64,000 bases of DNA from Bdellovibrio sp. Lineage in GTDB: Bacteria; Bdellovibrionota; Bdellovibrionia; Bdellovibrionales; Bdellovibrionaceae. The stretch is taken from positions 2,112,001 to 2,176,000 of the forward strand of contig JAKFCY010000002.1 of NCBI GenBank assembly GCA_036676395.1. Direction: 5' to 3'. Below are positions 19,743-29,188 of this stretch, in pieces (within the stretch, counting starts at the first letter, position 1; every line of letters begins with the position of its first letter). The translations under genes and the position numbers were made by a program. The notes below the pieces were generated by a model that did no database searches, had not been told where the DNA came from, and saw only the letters and a list, made by a program, of their open reading frames with translations.

Positions 19743-22700
19743 CTATTTTGAATTTAATGATTTTTCAATACGTTCTAAGCGTAGCTTGAGCTCAGCATTT
19801 TCTTTTTCTGATTTTTCTATGCGTGCTTTTAATTCGGCGTTTTCTTCTTTAACCGAAGCAATTTCACGCGCATTTTTTTCTGTGCGGTCAAACAACTGTG
19901 CGATGCGCTTATTAAAAACTTTTAACGCTTCGATGATTGGGGCTACTAATTTACCATACGAAACTGTTTTAAACCCTGAGTCTTTATCTGTATGTACTAC
20001 TTCAGGATAAACTTTTTCTAAATCTTGGGCAATTAAACCGATTTCGTGTTGCGCGCCGAATTTGGCTTTGTCTTTCCAGTCGTATTGAACTGCATTTAAC
20101 GACAATAATTTTTGTAAAGAAAAATCTAAAGGCTGAATATTTTCTTTTAAACGTTTATCAGAAGACGATGTACAACCTGCGCTCGTACAAACTACAGTTG
20201 CATCGAAACGTAAATTTGCCCCCGCCGCAATACTGACATCGCCGCCCACCGCTAGTGGATACAGTGGATTTGAATTTTGGATACCAACCCGACCTGACAC
20301 ATTTCTAATTGTTAATGCTTGCACATATGAACCTGCATTATTCGCATAAAAGTTAACAACGTCTCCACCTGTTGTAGACGGATGAACTGTGAAACCACGC
20401 TTTGTTGAGCCCGCTGCCTGCTGAATATCGTATTCAGAATCAGAACGCTCTGACCAAAAATTCGATCCATTGGCAGATAGTACGCGCATACCACCAGACA
20501 CATCCAACTTATATGCAGGATCTGTCGTTCCAATACCTACATAACCGGTCACTTTTTCCATAACCATTGCGGTCACGCTTGAGTTCACATCTTCAAAAGC
20601 TAACGCATCAGAATAGCCGGCTTTAGTATTAATTTTCCAAGTTCTTGCATCGTTTTGTAAAATTAAGCCTGCATCCGAATCGCCCGCATCAGTTTTCATT
20701 CGAATGTTTGCATCCCCTGTCGTTTTAACTACATCAAACACTTGTGCTGGTGTCGCCGTACCGATACCGACATTACCATCGCCTTTAACAATGAATCGAT
20801 CTGTGCCTGAAGTCGTAATAGCAACTGAGCCATCGTAAGAAGTCGTGCCACGATAAAATTTCAACAGTGCCGTATCTATGCCTGATGTTGCATATCGCAT
20901 ACCCAGCTTACCGATAAGGTCTCCGTTAACATTCGTCGCTACACCAGTTACGGCCTCCATACGAAAATTCGGGTCAGCTGCACGCGCAAATACAGCTGTG
21001 GTTGTATTTGCTGAAGCCGTTCCTAAATCAAATCTCACTACTGGAGACGATGTACCGATTCCGATATTACCTGCAAAAGTAACATTACTAGAATTATATC
21101 TATACTTGAAAACTTCGTGATCAACTCCCGCATCACGACGAAAGAAAACGACATCGTCAGTTGTGCCTAACTGATCAGGAGCATCGTCACCGTTGTATAA
21201 CATGCCGGCTCCAAAAGTAGGTGATTGCCCGACAAAAATCACACCCGATCCCTGCGCAGAACCAGTCACTGCAAGCTCGGAAATATCATTGTCAGGTGCA
21301 AAAACATGTAAATTCGCCGCTGGGCTTCCGGTACCGACACCGACATTACCAGAAGCTGTTATCGTCATTCGTGTTGCGCCATTCGCTCTAAAAACCATAG
21401 CATCCAATAAATGACTGTAAGCAACTCCGCCGGGATCACGGCTTTCTGGATCCGAGAAATAGATCGCACCCGATTGGCTATTTGGTGTGGTTACCTGAAT
21501 AACCGCATTACCTGTACTGATCACAGCTAATTTATCAGTACCTGTCGCATAAGGTGATGAAACTGTTCCATCCGAATCATCAACAGTTAACATAACCTGT
21601 GGCGAAGCTGTTCCCAAACCGACATTACCTGCGCCGGTCATAAGTAAAATATTATCTGTTGTAAGTGATCTAAAACCAAATCGATCTGAATTTGTTGATG
21701 CTTCCAGATCTGTTTCAATATAAAAACGGTCTGAATTATCAGAAGCTGAAAAAGCTAACCGTTTTTCATCAGCCGCTTCACCGCCACTAATCTCTAAATT
21801 TGCCGACGGGCTAGTGGTGCGAATACCGACATTACCACCACCGCTGGCTAATAGCACACTGCCTTTTGAAGCGTGAGTTGTTGACTCTAATCGCAATGAA
21901 CCACCCGATACTATTGATCCGTACACATACGGCGTAATCATACCGGTAGTTGCGGTGATCGATGCTCCTTGAATATTTGACGAAGTCATAATTGTGCCCG
22001 ATGAATAAATATTTCCGGCAACACCTAGGCCGCCTTTAACAATCAAGGCACCCGTTTGTGAATTTGTTGAAGCTGTTGTTGCAGAAACAGTTACGCTATT
22101 ACCTGCTGCAGGCCATAAAGCGATTCCGCCTGTCGAAGATACAACTGAAATGTTATCTAGTGTTCCCGCAGTTGTTGCTGTTGCGATCGTTCTTCGGATG
22201 CTGTTTCCGTCTGTGATATAGAAATCAAAACCGTCATACTCCATTGCACCGGCTTGGGCTGATGACATTAAAGTGCCCGATGTAAATTTAAGTGGCGCCG
22301 TATTGGCCGTTGCTGTTCCAGAAGCTAAATGCAATTTTGCTGATGCGTTACTTATACCAATACCGACATTACCGCTTGTTGCGATCGATAATCTCGCCGT
22401 ATTTGAAGTTGCTAAAAACAGTGGTGAAGCTACTGAATTCATAACTAAAGAATTAGTCGCAACATCATTAACAGTTAAATTAAACGCTTCATTGGTATTG
22501 CCTGAAAACCCCAGATAACCATGAATAAGATTTCCATCTTGTTTGAAATGGATAAATGGATTGTCGCCTTCATTATTATCATCAGTATCTGCCTCAATTA
22601 ACAATTCAGCATCACCGCTGATCGAAGAACTCATAGCCAATAAAGCTGAAGGTGTATTTGTACCGATACCGACATTACCACCTTCGGGATTTAAACTTAG

Positions 22701-25700
22701 ATTATAATAATTTGCCGAAGAAGCGTGGCGCGATTGAATCCATGAATAAAAAGTTCCTGGGTTAGCCACACCCATATTTAGAACTCCATTCGTAGACGCA
22801 GCACCAAGAACAAAAGATCCTTTAGTCGCCGTGCCCGAAGCTGACTCTGCTACGCCAACAACGTCTAATTTTTGTCGTGGTGCTGTTGTACCAATACCCA
22901 AACTTCCTGAAGCAGTTAATGCCATTGCTTGGGTGTCTTGAACAGTCGCTTGGCTTGTTCTAAACATAATACCACCGCCAATACCTTTTTGGTCGATGTA
23001 ACTATACGTACCCGATGCAGCGGTGCGCTCAAATGATAAAGAGTTTGAACCTAAGTTTGTAGAATATCCAGATTGCATTCCAACTTGAATTGCACCAATA
23101 ACATTTAATGTGGATTCTGGTGTCGTTGTGCCGATACCGACGCTACCGTTCGATCTAATTACCATGCGCGGCACATCAGCGTAACCACCATTTAAAGCCG
23201 AGAAGCGAGCAATTTCTGTTTCCTGTATATCGGTATCCCAACCAGCTTGAACATACAAGCCATGCTGGGTTCCATTTCCAAGCGAAGATCTGTTTCCGTA
23301 GGTTTGTAAATTCGCCACGTAGTCATTCATCGCTACAAATGAGCCGCCTTGCTGGGCTCGAAATAATGACTGTGTATATAATGAAGAATTCACATATGGA
23401 TTTAATAATGCTGTAGGTGTTGTTGTACCGATACCAACATTACCACCCAGAGCATTAATTATCGTATTTCCTTTATTTGCATGTGTTGTTGATTCAAGTC
23501 TTAATGAACCACCTGAAACAATTGATCCATATATGTAAGGAGTGATCATTGCATTTGTGGCCGTGATTGAAGCCCCTTGAATATTTGACGAAGTCATAAT
23601 TGTGCCTGATGAATAAATATTTCCGGCCACACCCAAGCCACCTTTTACAATCAAAGCACCCGTTTGCGAATTTGTTGAAGCCGTTGTGCTAGATACCACT
23701 ACTGATCCAACCGGAGTCATCGTGATATTGCCTGAAGCATTAATAAAACTAGCATCATCAATCGTGCTTGGAGTAGAACCCGTCGCTAATGCACGACGAA
23801 CTCCAGCACCATCAGTAAAGTATAAATCAAAACCATTGTACTCAATCGCACCAGCTTGTGCGGCTGTTAATAAAGAACCAGAAGTTAATTTAAACGGAGC
23901 CATTGATGTCGTACCCGCAGCTAAATTTAATTTCGCTGTTGGCGCTGTTGTACCTATACCCACGTTACCTGACGACGCTTGGATCGTCATCCAAGTCGAC
24001 GCGCCCATCATATTCGTGAATCGGATATCAGCCGTAGAACCAGCACCAAAGCTTACGCCCGACTGAAAGTAAGTCATCCCATTTTGACTTAACAAACGAA
24101 GCGCAGAAGATACTGCATTGGTATTTTCAAGTCGAATATCTGCAGCCGTATTATCTGCGACATGTAGCGCACCACCAGGAGCTATAGTACCAATACCAAC
24201 GTTACCACTTTCTTTGATTATCAGTGCAGAGCTTACGGTCGCGGTTCCTAACTCAAGATCTGCCCCACCCGTAGTATACAGTGTTTTTAAAGAAATTTTA
24301 TTTGGAGATCCCTGCAATTGTAATCTTGGATTTGTAGATCCATCATTATAGTAAAACTCAGAAATAATATTGTTTGGATCAGAAGAATATCTCATTATTT
24401 TTAACGCACCATTTGCCGATACCGCGCTACTCCCTACAACCATATCACCCACGACTTGTAGTTTTGCGGCTGGAGCCGTAGTTCCTATACCCACATTACC
24501 ATCGCCGCGCACAACCATGACGTTACTGACAGTTCCAGTTCCTGTTTTTGAACGTAAAAATAATGAATAATCAGTTGTTGCGGTGCCTGGCGCATCGAAT
24601 GTCGCTGTTGCACTTGCAATACCAAAGACAGTTGAATCATGTGTTACAACAAATTTACCAGATGGAGTCCTCGTACCAATACCAACATTTCCACCCAGTG
24701 TATTTAAAGTAATATTACCTTTATTAGCGTGCGTTGTAGATTCAAGACCTAATGAACCACCAGATACTGTTGATCCATAAATATATGGCGTGATCATTCC
24801 GCTGGTCGCTGTAAACGAAGCCCCTTGAATATTTGAAGAGGTAATAATAGTGCCTGATGAATAAATATTTCCGGCAACACCTAAGCCGCCTTTAACAATC
24901 AATGCACCAGTTTGTGAATTTGTTGAAGCTAGAGTGCTAGATACAATGACTGATCCCACTGGAACTAAATTCATATTTCCAGTCGAATTAATAATTGAAG
25001 CATTATCTAACGATCCAGAACTTGAACCTGTCGCAATCATACGGCGAGTTCCAGCCCCATCAGTTAAATAAAATCCACCACCGTCGTACTCCATCGTACC
25101 TGATTGTGCAGCGGTTGTTAAATTACCCGCTGTAAATTTTAATGGAGCTGTTGACGAAGTACCTGCACCTAAATGCAATCTTGCTGATGGAGTGGTTGTT
25201 CCAATACCGACGTTACCGCCATCAAGAAGTGTCATAGCAACTAGATTGTTCGGTTGTAATCGAATACCTGTAGCAGTACCCGAAGAATTCATATAGGTAT
25301 TTCCACTAGCACCCATAACTAATAATTGGCGACCACCATTAGTGAGCACAGCATTATTTGCGATATTTAAAGAGCCATTCACATCTAATGTGTATGCGGG
25401 ACTATTCGTTCCAATACCGACGCTACCATCATTTTTAATAACTACTCTCTGAGTATCGCTCGTTCCGATAATTAAATCGGTATTTTCGCGGTTAAAAATT
25501 ACACCCTGACCAACAGAGTTTACTCCAAAATCAACACCAGGAATATTTGCTGAATTTGTAAATCTCGCATAAGTTGATGTCGCACCGATTTCATTTACAT
25601 GAATGCGTTGTGCCGGAGCACTCGTACCAAAACCGACGTTGCCCGAATCTTGAATTACGAGATCATCATTATTAGATCCACCAACTGCACCATTCACATG

Positions 25701-27800
25701 AAATTTTAATGAATGTCTTGGGCCGCCAGTTACATCACGATTTAAAACAATGCGCGAACCGACGTAAGAACCATCTGCTGAAAAATCGATGCCGATGCCG
25801 GTATCAACATTGTTGCTTTGATTTCTAAGTAATAGTCCAGTTGTATAACTGGCAGGATTAGCCACGTTCACATGCAACATGGCCTCGGGGCTTGAAACAC
25901 CAATACCTACGCGCCCAGTATTATAATATATAGATGTAGCGCTCGTAACCCATTGCGAACTCGTAAAAGATCCACTCGCAGCTGCGGTATAACCTAAAGC
26001 TGCATTCACATCACCTGCAGAAAGTTGAGACCCACTCACCACACGGCCTTTGCTATCTACAGTGACTTTTGTATATTGCGCCCCTGATGTTACACCAGAT
26101 CCCACGTCTGCAAGTTTTGCTGCTGGTAAAGTTCCTGAAGCTGCAACTGAACTTAAATCAATTGAATTAGCAGCGCTTAAAGAACCAAGAGTGGCACTAT
26201 TTGCCGGCGTATAACCTAATGCCGAAATCACCGCAGCACTGGTCGCATTTACTTTATTTGAAAAAATTAAATAATCTGCATTTGAAATCACACCCGCTGT
26301 GGTTGTACCAACAGATGCGAACGGAAAATTAAAAGTATGAACTGAACCAACAGATGAAACATTTGGCGAATTGCCTGTGGCACCAAATGCAAAAGTTTGC
26401 GAACCCGAAACTAAACCATTGATTGCAAGAATTCCTGCACCAGATATACCGAATGCAGCCCAAGAAGTTCCGTCACAATACTCAACAACTCCTGCGTTAT
26501 AGCGTAAGGTACCAGCTAAAGCCGGAGCACAAGTTGCCGCTTCTGAACCGATACGAATACCACCGGCCACATCTAATTTTGTGACTGGCGTTGTTGATCC
26601 GATACCGACATAACCAGATCCTGCAATTGTCATTAAATCAACTAACGTTGAACTGCCTGATGCCGCTCTTTGAAAAGCAAAGCGGTCAGTTGTGCCATTC
26701 ATTTCAAAATTAAATGAAGGTTTTGTTACATCCATTTGTGCAGCGCCTGAAGTGGTTAACATTCTGTTCCACTGCATAAAGCCGCCGTTCACATTAGCGC
26801 TTAAGCGCGTGCGCGGTACACTTACACCTGAATTACCAACATAAATATTTCCGGAAAAATTTGAATTAGTTCCAGATAAATTTACAGGTGCTTCTGGCCA
26901 ACCGCCAACATCAAATGTGGCAGATGGTGCTGATGTGCCCACACCGACGCGACCTGAAGCATAAAAAATATCTGAAACATTAGATATCCATTGCGATGAA
27001 GTGATCGCAGCCATTGAAGCTGAAAGACCAGACACAGTTGAAGAAACAGAAAAAACGGTCGACGACACCGCCAACACGTCAGAGTTTGTCGAACTTAACG
27101 ACGAAGTAAGAGTTGTCACACTCGCGCCGTCTGCCGGAGTATACCCGAGGGCTGTAATCACTGAACCCGATGTCACGGCTGTTGCACTATCACCGACCGC
27201 GATACAAGAAAATGCTGCGCCGTTAAAACGTAAAGCTTCACTCACTCCGCAGGTCATTGGCAGTGTTGATACTTGCACAAAGTCAGCGTCAGTTTTGCCA
27301 TTTAATTTTTCAGCATCATTGGCATACAGCGCGTAGGGTACGGCGTTGATGCTCATCGCCGGTAATGTTTGCCAGCCGTTACCATCGTGAAACTGCATCA
27401 CTAATTTACGAATATCACTTGCTGCCGGTGAATAACTTGGCGGCCCACCAGCATCACATGTTAAATTTGGCGTGATGTTAGAAAAAACATTTTCAAAAGT
27501 TGTGGCCGACACCGGATAAACTTTTACGCCCGAACCCAGTGAAAAAGAAATTAATCCACCCGTGTTAGTCATGTTCACTGACGAATAAGTTTCAGAATAT
27601 AAAATACAAGCCCCTGCTGGATCCAGTACGGTAAATTTAAAATTTACACTGACTGATTCAAGAGGATAACCATCAGGTTTAATAATTTTTGCTTGATAGG
27701 TGGTGCGACTTGGTCCTGCAATAGCAACTAGCGCGTTTAAAAAAATAAACGCAAAAATGAAAAACAAATTTTCAGTTTTCAACCAACGTGAGTATTTCAC
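19743..27800 (-). CDS. Giant tail-fibre-like adhesin (MAT-like) with C-terminal S74 intramolecular chaperone
   Basis: 2685 aa; signal peptide; many GNVGIGTxxP repeats; SSDKRLKENI...GLIAQDLEKVYPEVV...YGKLVAPIIEA followed by a coiled coil. Confidence 0.9.
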   Translation of the reverse strand: MKYSRWLKTENLFFIFAFIFLNALVAIAGPSRTTYQAKIIKPDGYPLESVSVNFKFTVLDPAGACILYSETYSSVNMTNTGGLISFSLGSGVKVYPVSATTFENVFSNITPNLTCDAGGPPSYSPAASDIRKLVMQFHDGNGWQTLPAMSINAVPYALYANDAEKLNGKTDADFVQVSTLPMTCGVSEALRFNGAAFSCIAVGDSATAVTSGSVITALGYTPADGASVTTLTSSLSSTNSDVLAVSSTVFSVSSTVSGLSASMAAITSSQWISNVSDIFYASGRVGVGTSAPSATFDVGGWPEAPVNLSGTNSNFSGNIYVGNSGVSVPRTRLSANVNGGFMQWNRMLTTSGAAQMDVTKPSFNFEMNGTTDRFAFQRAASGSSTLVDLMTIAGSGYVGIGSTTPVTKLDVAGGIRIGSEAATCAPALAGTLRYNAGVVEYCDGTSWAAFGISGAGILAINGLVSGSQTFAFGATGNSPNVSSVGSVHTFNFPFASVGTTTAGVISNADYLIFSNKVNATSAAVISALGYTPANSATLGSLSAANSIDLSSVAASGTLPAAKLADVGSGVTSGAQYTKVTVDSKGRVVSGSQLSAGDVNAALGYTAAASGSFTSSQWVTSATSIYYNTGRVGIGVSSPEAMLHVNVANPASYTTGLLLRNQSNNVDTGIGIDFSADGSYVGSRIVLNRDVTGGPRHSLKFHVNGAVGGSNNDDLVIQDSGNVGFGTSAPAQRIHVNEIGATSTYARFTNSANIPGVDFGVNSVGQGVIFNRENTDLIIGTSDTQRVVIKNDGSVGIGTNSPAYTLDVNGSLNIANNAVLTNGGRQLLVMGASGNTYMNSSGTATGIRLQPNNLVAMTLLDGGNVGIGTTTPSARLHLGAGTSSTAPLKFTAGNLTTAAQSGTMEYDGGGFYLTDGAGTRRMIATGSSSGSLDNASIINSTGNMNLVPVGSVIVSSTLASTNSQTGALIVKGGLGVAGNIYSSGTIITSSNIQGASFTATSGMITPYIYGSTVSGGSLGLESTTHANKGNITLNTLGGNVGIGTRTPSGKFVVTHDSTVFGIASATATFDAPGTATTDYSLFLRSKTGTGTVSNVMVVRGDGNVGIGTTAPAAKLQVVGDMVVGSSAVSANGALKIMRYSSDPNNIISEFYYNDGSTNPRLQLQGSPNKISLKTLYTTGGADLELGTATVSSALIIKESGNVGIGTIAPGGALHVADNTAADIRLENTNAVSSALRLLSQNGMTYFQSGVSFGAGSTADIRFTNMMGASTWMTIQASSGNVGIGTTAPTAKLNLAAGTTSMAPFKLTSGSLLTAAQAGAIEYNGFDLYFTDGAGVRRALATGSTPSTIDDASFINASGNITMTPVGSVVVSSTTASTNSQTGALIVKGGLGVAGNIYSSGTIMTSSNIQGASITATNAMITPYIYGSIVSGGSLRLESTTHANKGNTIINALGGNVGIGTTTPTALLNPYVNSSLYTQSLFRAQQGGSFVAMNDYVANLQTYGNRSSLGNGTQHGLYVQAGWDTDIQETEIARFSALNGGYADVPRMVIRSNGSVGIGTTTPESTLNVIGAIQVGMQSGYSTNLGSNSLSFERTAASGTYSYIDQKGIGGGIMFRTSQATVQDTQAMALTASGSLGIGTTAPRQKLDVVGVAESASGTATKGSFVLGAASTNGVLNMGVANPGTFYSWIQSRHASSANYYNLSLNPEGGNVGIGTNTPSALLAMSSSISGDAELLIEADTDDNNEGDNPFIHFKQDGNLIHGYLGFSGNTNEAFNLTVNDVATNSLVMNSVASPLFLATSNTARLSIATSGNVGIGISNASAKLHLASGTATANTAPLKFTSGTLMSSAQAGAMEYDGFDFYITDGNSIRRTIATATTAGTLDNISVVSSTGGIALWPAAGNSVTVSATTASTNSQTGALIVKGGLGVAGNIYSSGTIMTSSNIQGASITATTGMITPYVYGSIVSGGSLRLESTTHASKGSVLLASGGGNVGIRTTSPSANLEISGGEAADEKRLAFSASDNSDRFYIETDLEASTNSDRFGFRSLTTDNILLMTGAGNVGLGTASPQVMLTVDDSDGTVSSPYATGTDKLAVISTGNAVIQVTTPNSQSGAIYFSDPESRDPGGVAYSHLLDAMVFRANGATRMTITASGNVGVGTGSPAANLHVFAPDNDISELAVTGSAQGSGVIFVGQSPTFGAGMLYNGDDAPDQLGTTDDVVFFRRDAGVDHEVFKYRYNSSNVTFAGNIGIGTSSPVVRFDLGTASANTTTAVFARAADPNFRMEAVTGVATNVNGDLIGKLGMRYATSGIDTALLKFYRGTTSYDGSVAITTSGTDRFIVKGDGNVGIGTATPAQVFDVVKTTGDANIRMKTDAGDSDAGLILQNDARTWKINTKAGYSDALAFEDVNSSVTAMVMEKVTGYVGIGTTDPAYKLDVSGGMRVLSANGSNFWSERSDSEYDIQQAAGSTKRGFTVHPSTTGGDVVNFYANNAGSYVQALTIRNVSGRVGIQNSNPLYPLAVGGDVSIAAGANLRFDATVVCTSAGCTSSSDKRLKENIQPLDFSLQKLLSLNAVQYDWKDKAKFGAQHEIGLIAQDLEKVYPEVVHTDKDSGFKTVSYGKLVAPIIEALKVFNKRIAQLFDRTEKNAREIASVKEENAELKARIEKSEKENAELKLRLERIEKSLNSK

Positions 27801-27807
27801 GTCATCT

Positions 27808-27834
27808 TTATCGGCGTAAATTACCGATTTCTAA
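27808..27834 (-). promoter_or_regulatory. Sigma28 (FliA)-type promoter of the giant fibre gene
   Basis: Minus strand TTAG-N15-GCCGATAA (perfect -10 box), 7 nt before the GTG start. Confidence 0.65.
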
Positions 27835-27903
27835 AGGTTTTCAGAGGAGAAATCTCAGAATAAGACATCAATCGCAACTCCTGCTTTAATCGTCATTAGA
27901 ACC

Positions 27904-27934
27904 AAAAAAAGCCAGTCGTCTGACTGGCTTTTTT
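27904..27934 (-). terminator. Intrinsic terminator after the SGNH gene
   Basis: A7-gccagtc-gtct-gactggc-T6. Confidence 0.85.
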
Positions 27935-27958
27935 GTTTTATTTTGGTAATTTATTTTT

Positions 27959-28999
27959 TTATTTTGACGAAGCTAGACGGTCTTGTTCAAGCACATGCGA
28001 CAAAAGGTTGTCATAAGTATGGCGCATAACTTTTCTATACATTCTTGTGTTTAGATGAAATGCATCCCGAACTAAAAATAACCAGTTGATCATACTTTTA
28101 TTACTGCTTGGCAGATTTATGTTTCCGCCCATCGCCCCGGGGTTTTGCCACGTTGAAATTTGATTTGGCGACAAGGTGGTTTCTTCGTCTAGGCCATGTT
28201 CTTTAACACCATCGTAATACTGGGCAACGCCCATATGCTGAATGTAAAAAATATTTCTTCCGTCAGCCAGTTTCATCATTGATCGCGCTAATCCTGCTAA
28301 CACCGGATTTAATCTTGCCGGAGTTGGGCTGCGCATTCTTTCAAAAATTTTTCGATACAGCGGAAATTTATGATTCGGTTTAAAATTTGGATAATCATAA
28401 CCCGTTAAAATAATTTTTAGATCAGGGCGCACCGTCAAGTAGCGATCCATGATCTTTTGCACAGTGATATTAATTTCTTGGTAAACTGCAGTTTCTTGTT
28501 CTGTCGTAAAATCTTTATTCCACACAGCCATCAGGTCATTGCCGCCCATTGAAAGATAAAGATATTTCAACCGCGGTGTCGTTTTTAAAAATTCGATCAC
28601 TTTTAAATCCTGCTTAGAACCAATCCATTCAAAACCCGCAACGCCAAGTTTTGTCGTGCGCAAACAGCGATTGTCTTCAATGATATCGGCATCCACATCA
28701 CGAATCATTTTACCCATTGAATTATACACACACGGAAACGAAGCCCAACTGTCGCCGACGATAAGAATTTTATCTTTCTTACTCATGATTTCAACGTGGT
28801 CTTCGATATCCATTGAAGGATCATCCGAGTTTTGGGCCTTTTCGATTTGGTCCATGGCGATATAATTTTCATCAACCAAGTCTGTTAAATCAGTGTAACT
28901 ATGGATTTCATTAGATTTTTTTTCGTCAGAATCTTTCGAACAGCCCATTTGAAAAACGGCTGAAATAAGAAGAGCGGCTATGACGATGTGACTTTTCAT
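27959..28999 (-). CDS. SGNH/GDSL hydrolase lipoprotein
   Basis: Lipobox-like QMGC; GDSW, GGND and DAFH catalytic blocks. Confidence 0.8.
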   Translation of the reverse strand: MKSHIVIAALLISAVFQMGCSKDSDEKKSNEIHSYTDLTDLVDENYIAMDQIEKAQNSDDPSMDIEDHVEIMSKKDKILIVGDSWASFPCVYNSMGKMIRDVDADIIEDNRCLRTTKLGVAGFEWIGSKQDLKVIEFLKTTPRLKYLYLSMGGNDLMAVWNKDFTTEQETAVYQEINITVQKIMDRYLTVRPDLKIILTGYDYPNFKPNHKFPLYRKIFERMRSPTPARLNPVLAGLARSMMKLADGRNIFYIQHMGVAQYYDGVKEHGLDEETTLSPNQISTWQNPGAMGGNINLPSSNKSMINWLFLVRDAFHLNTRMYRKVMRHTYDNLLSHVLEQDRLASSK

Positions 29000-29127
29000 C
29001 TTTATCCCCTGTTGGTGTTTATTTACGTAAACACACACCTGTCGGATCAGAATATTAAGAATTAGAGCAATAGTCCTAAATTTTGTTTGTTGGTCCAGTC
29101 CAGTTAAAGAAGAATCTGTTCCAAAAC

Positions 29128-29155
29128 AAAAAAGCCAGTCTTGCGACTGGCTTTT
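29128..29155 (-). terminator. Intrinsic terminator after the subtilase gene
   Basis: A6-gccagtc-ttgc-gactggc-T4. Confidence 0.85.
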
Positions 29156-29188
29156 ATTTTTAACTTTGTTAGTTAAGTAATTTTACAA

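Noticed and set aside
15970..27800. Prophage, suggested by tail-fibre and S74 domains
   Set aside because: No capsid, terminase, integrase or other phage genes; both proteins have signal peptides typical of cellular fibre adhesins.
29039..29065. Possible sigma28 promoter CTAA-N15-TCCGACAG for the SGNH lipoprotein gene
   Set aside because: Both boxes deviate from consensus; it cannot be distinguished from chance without TSS data.
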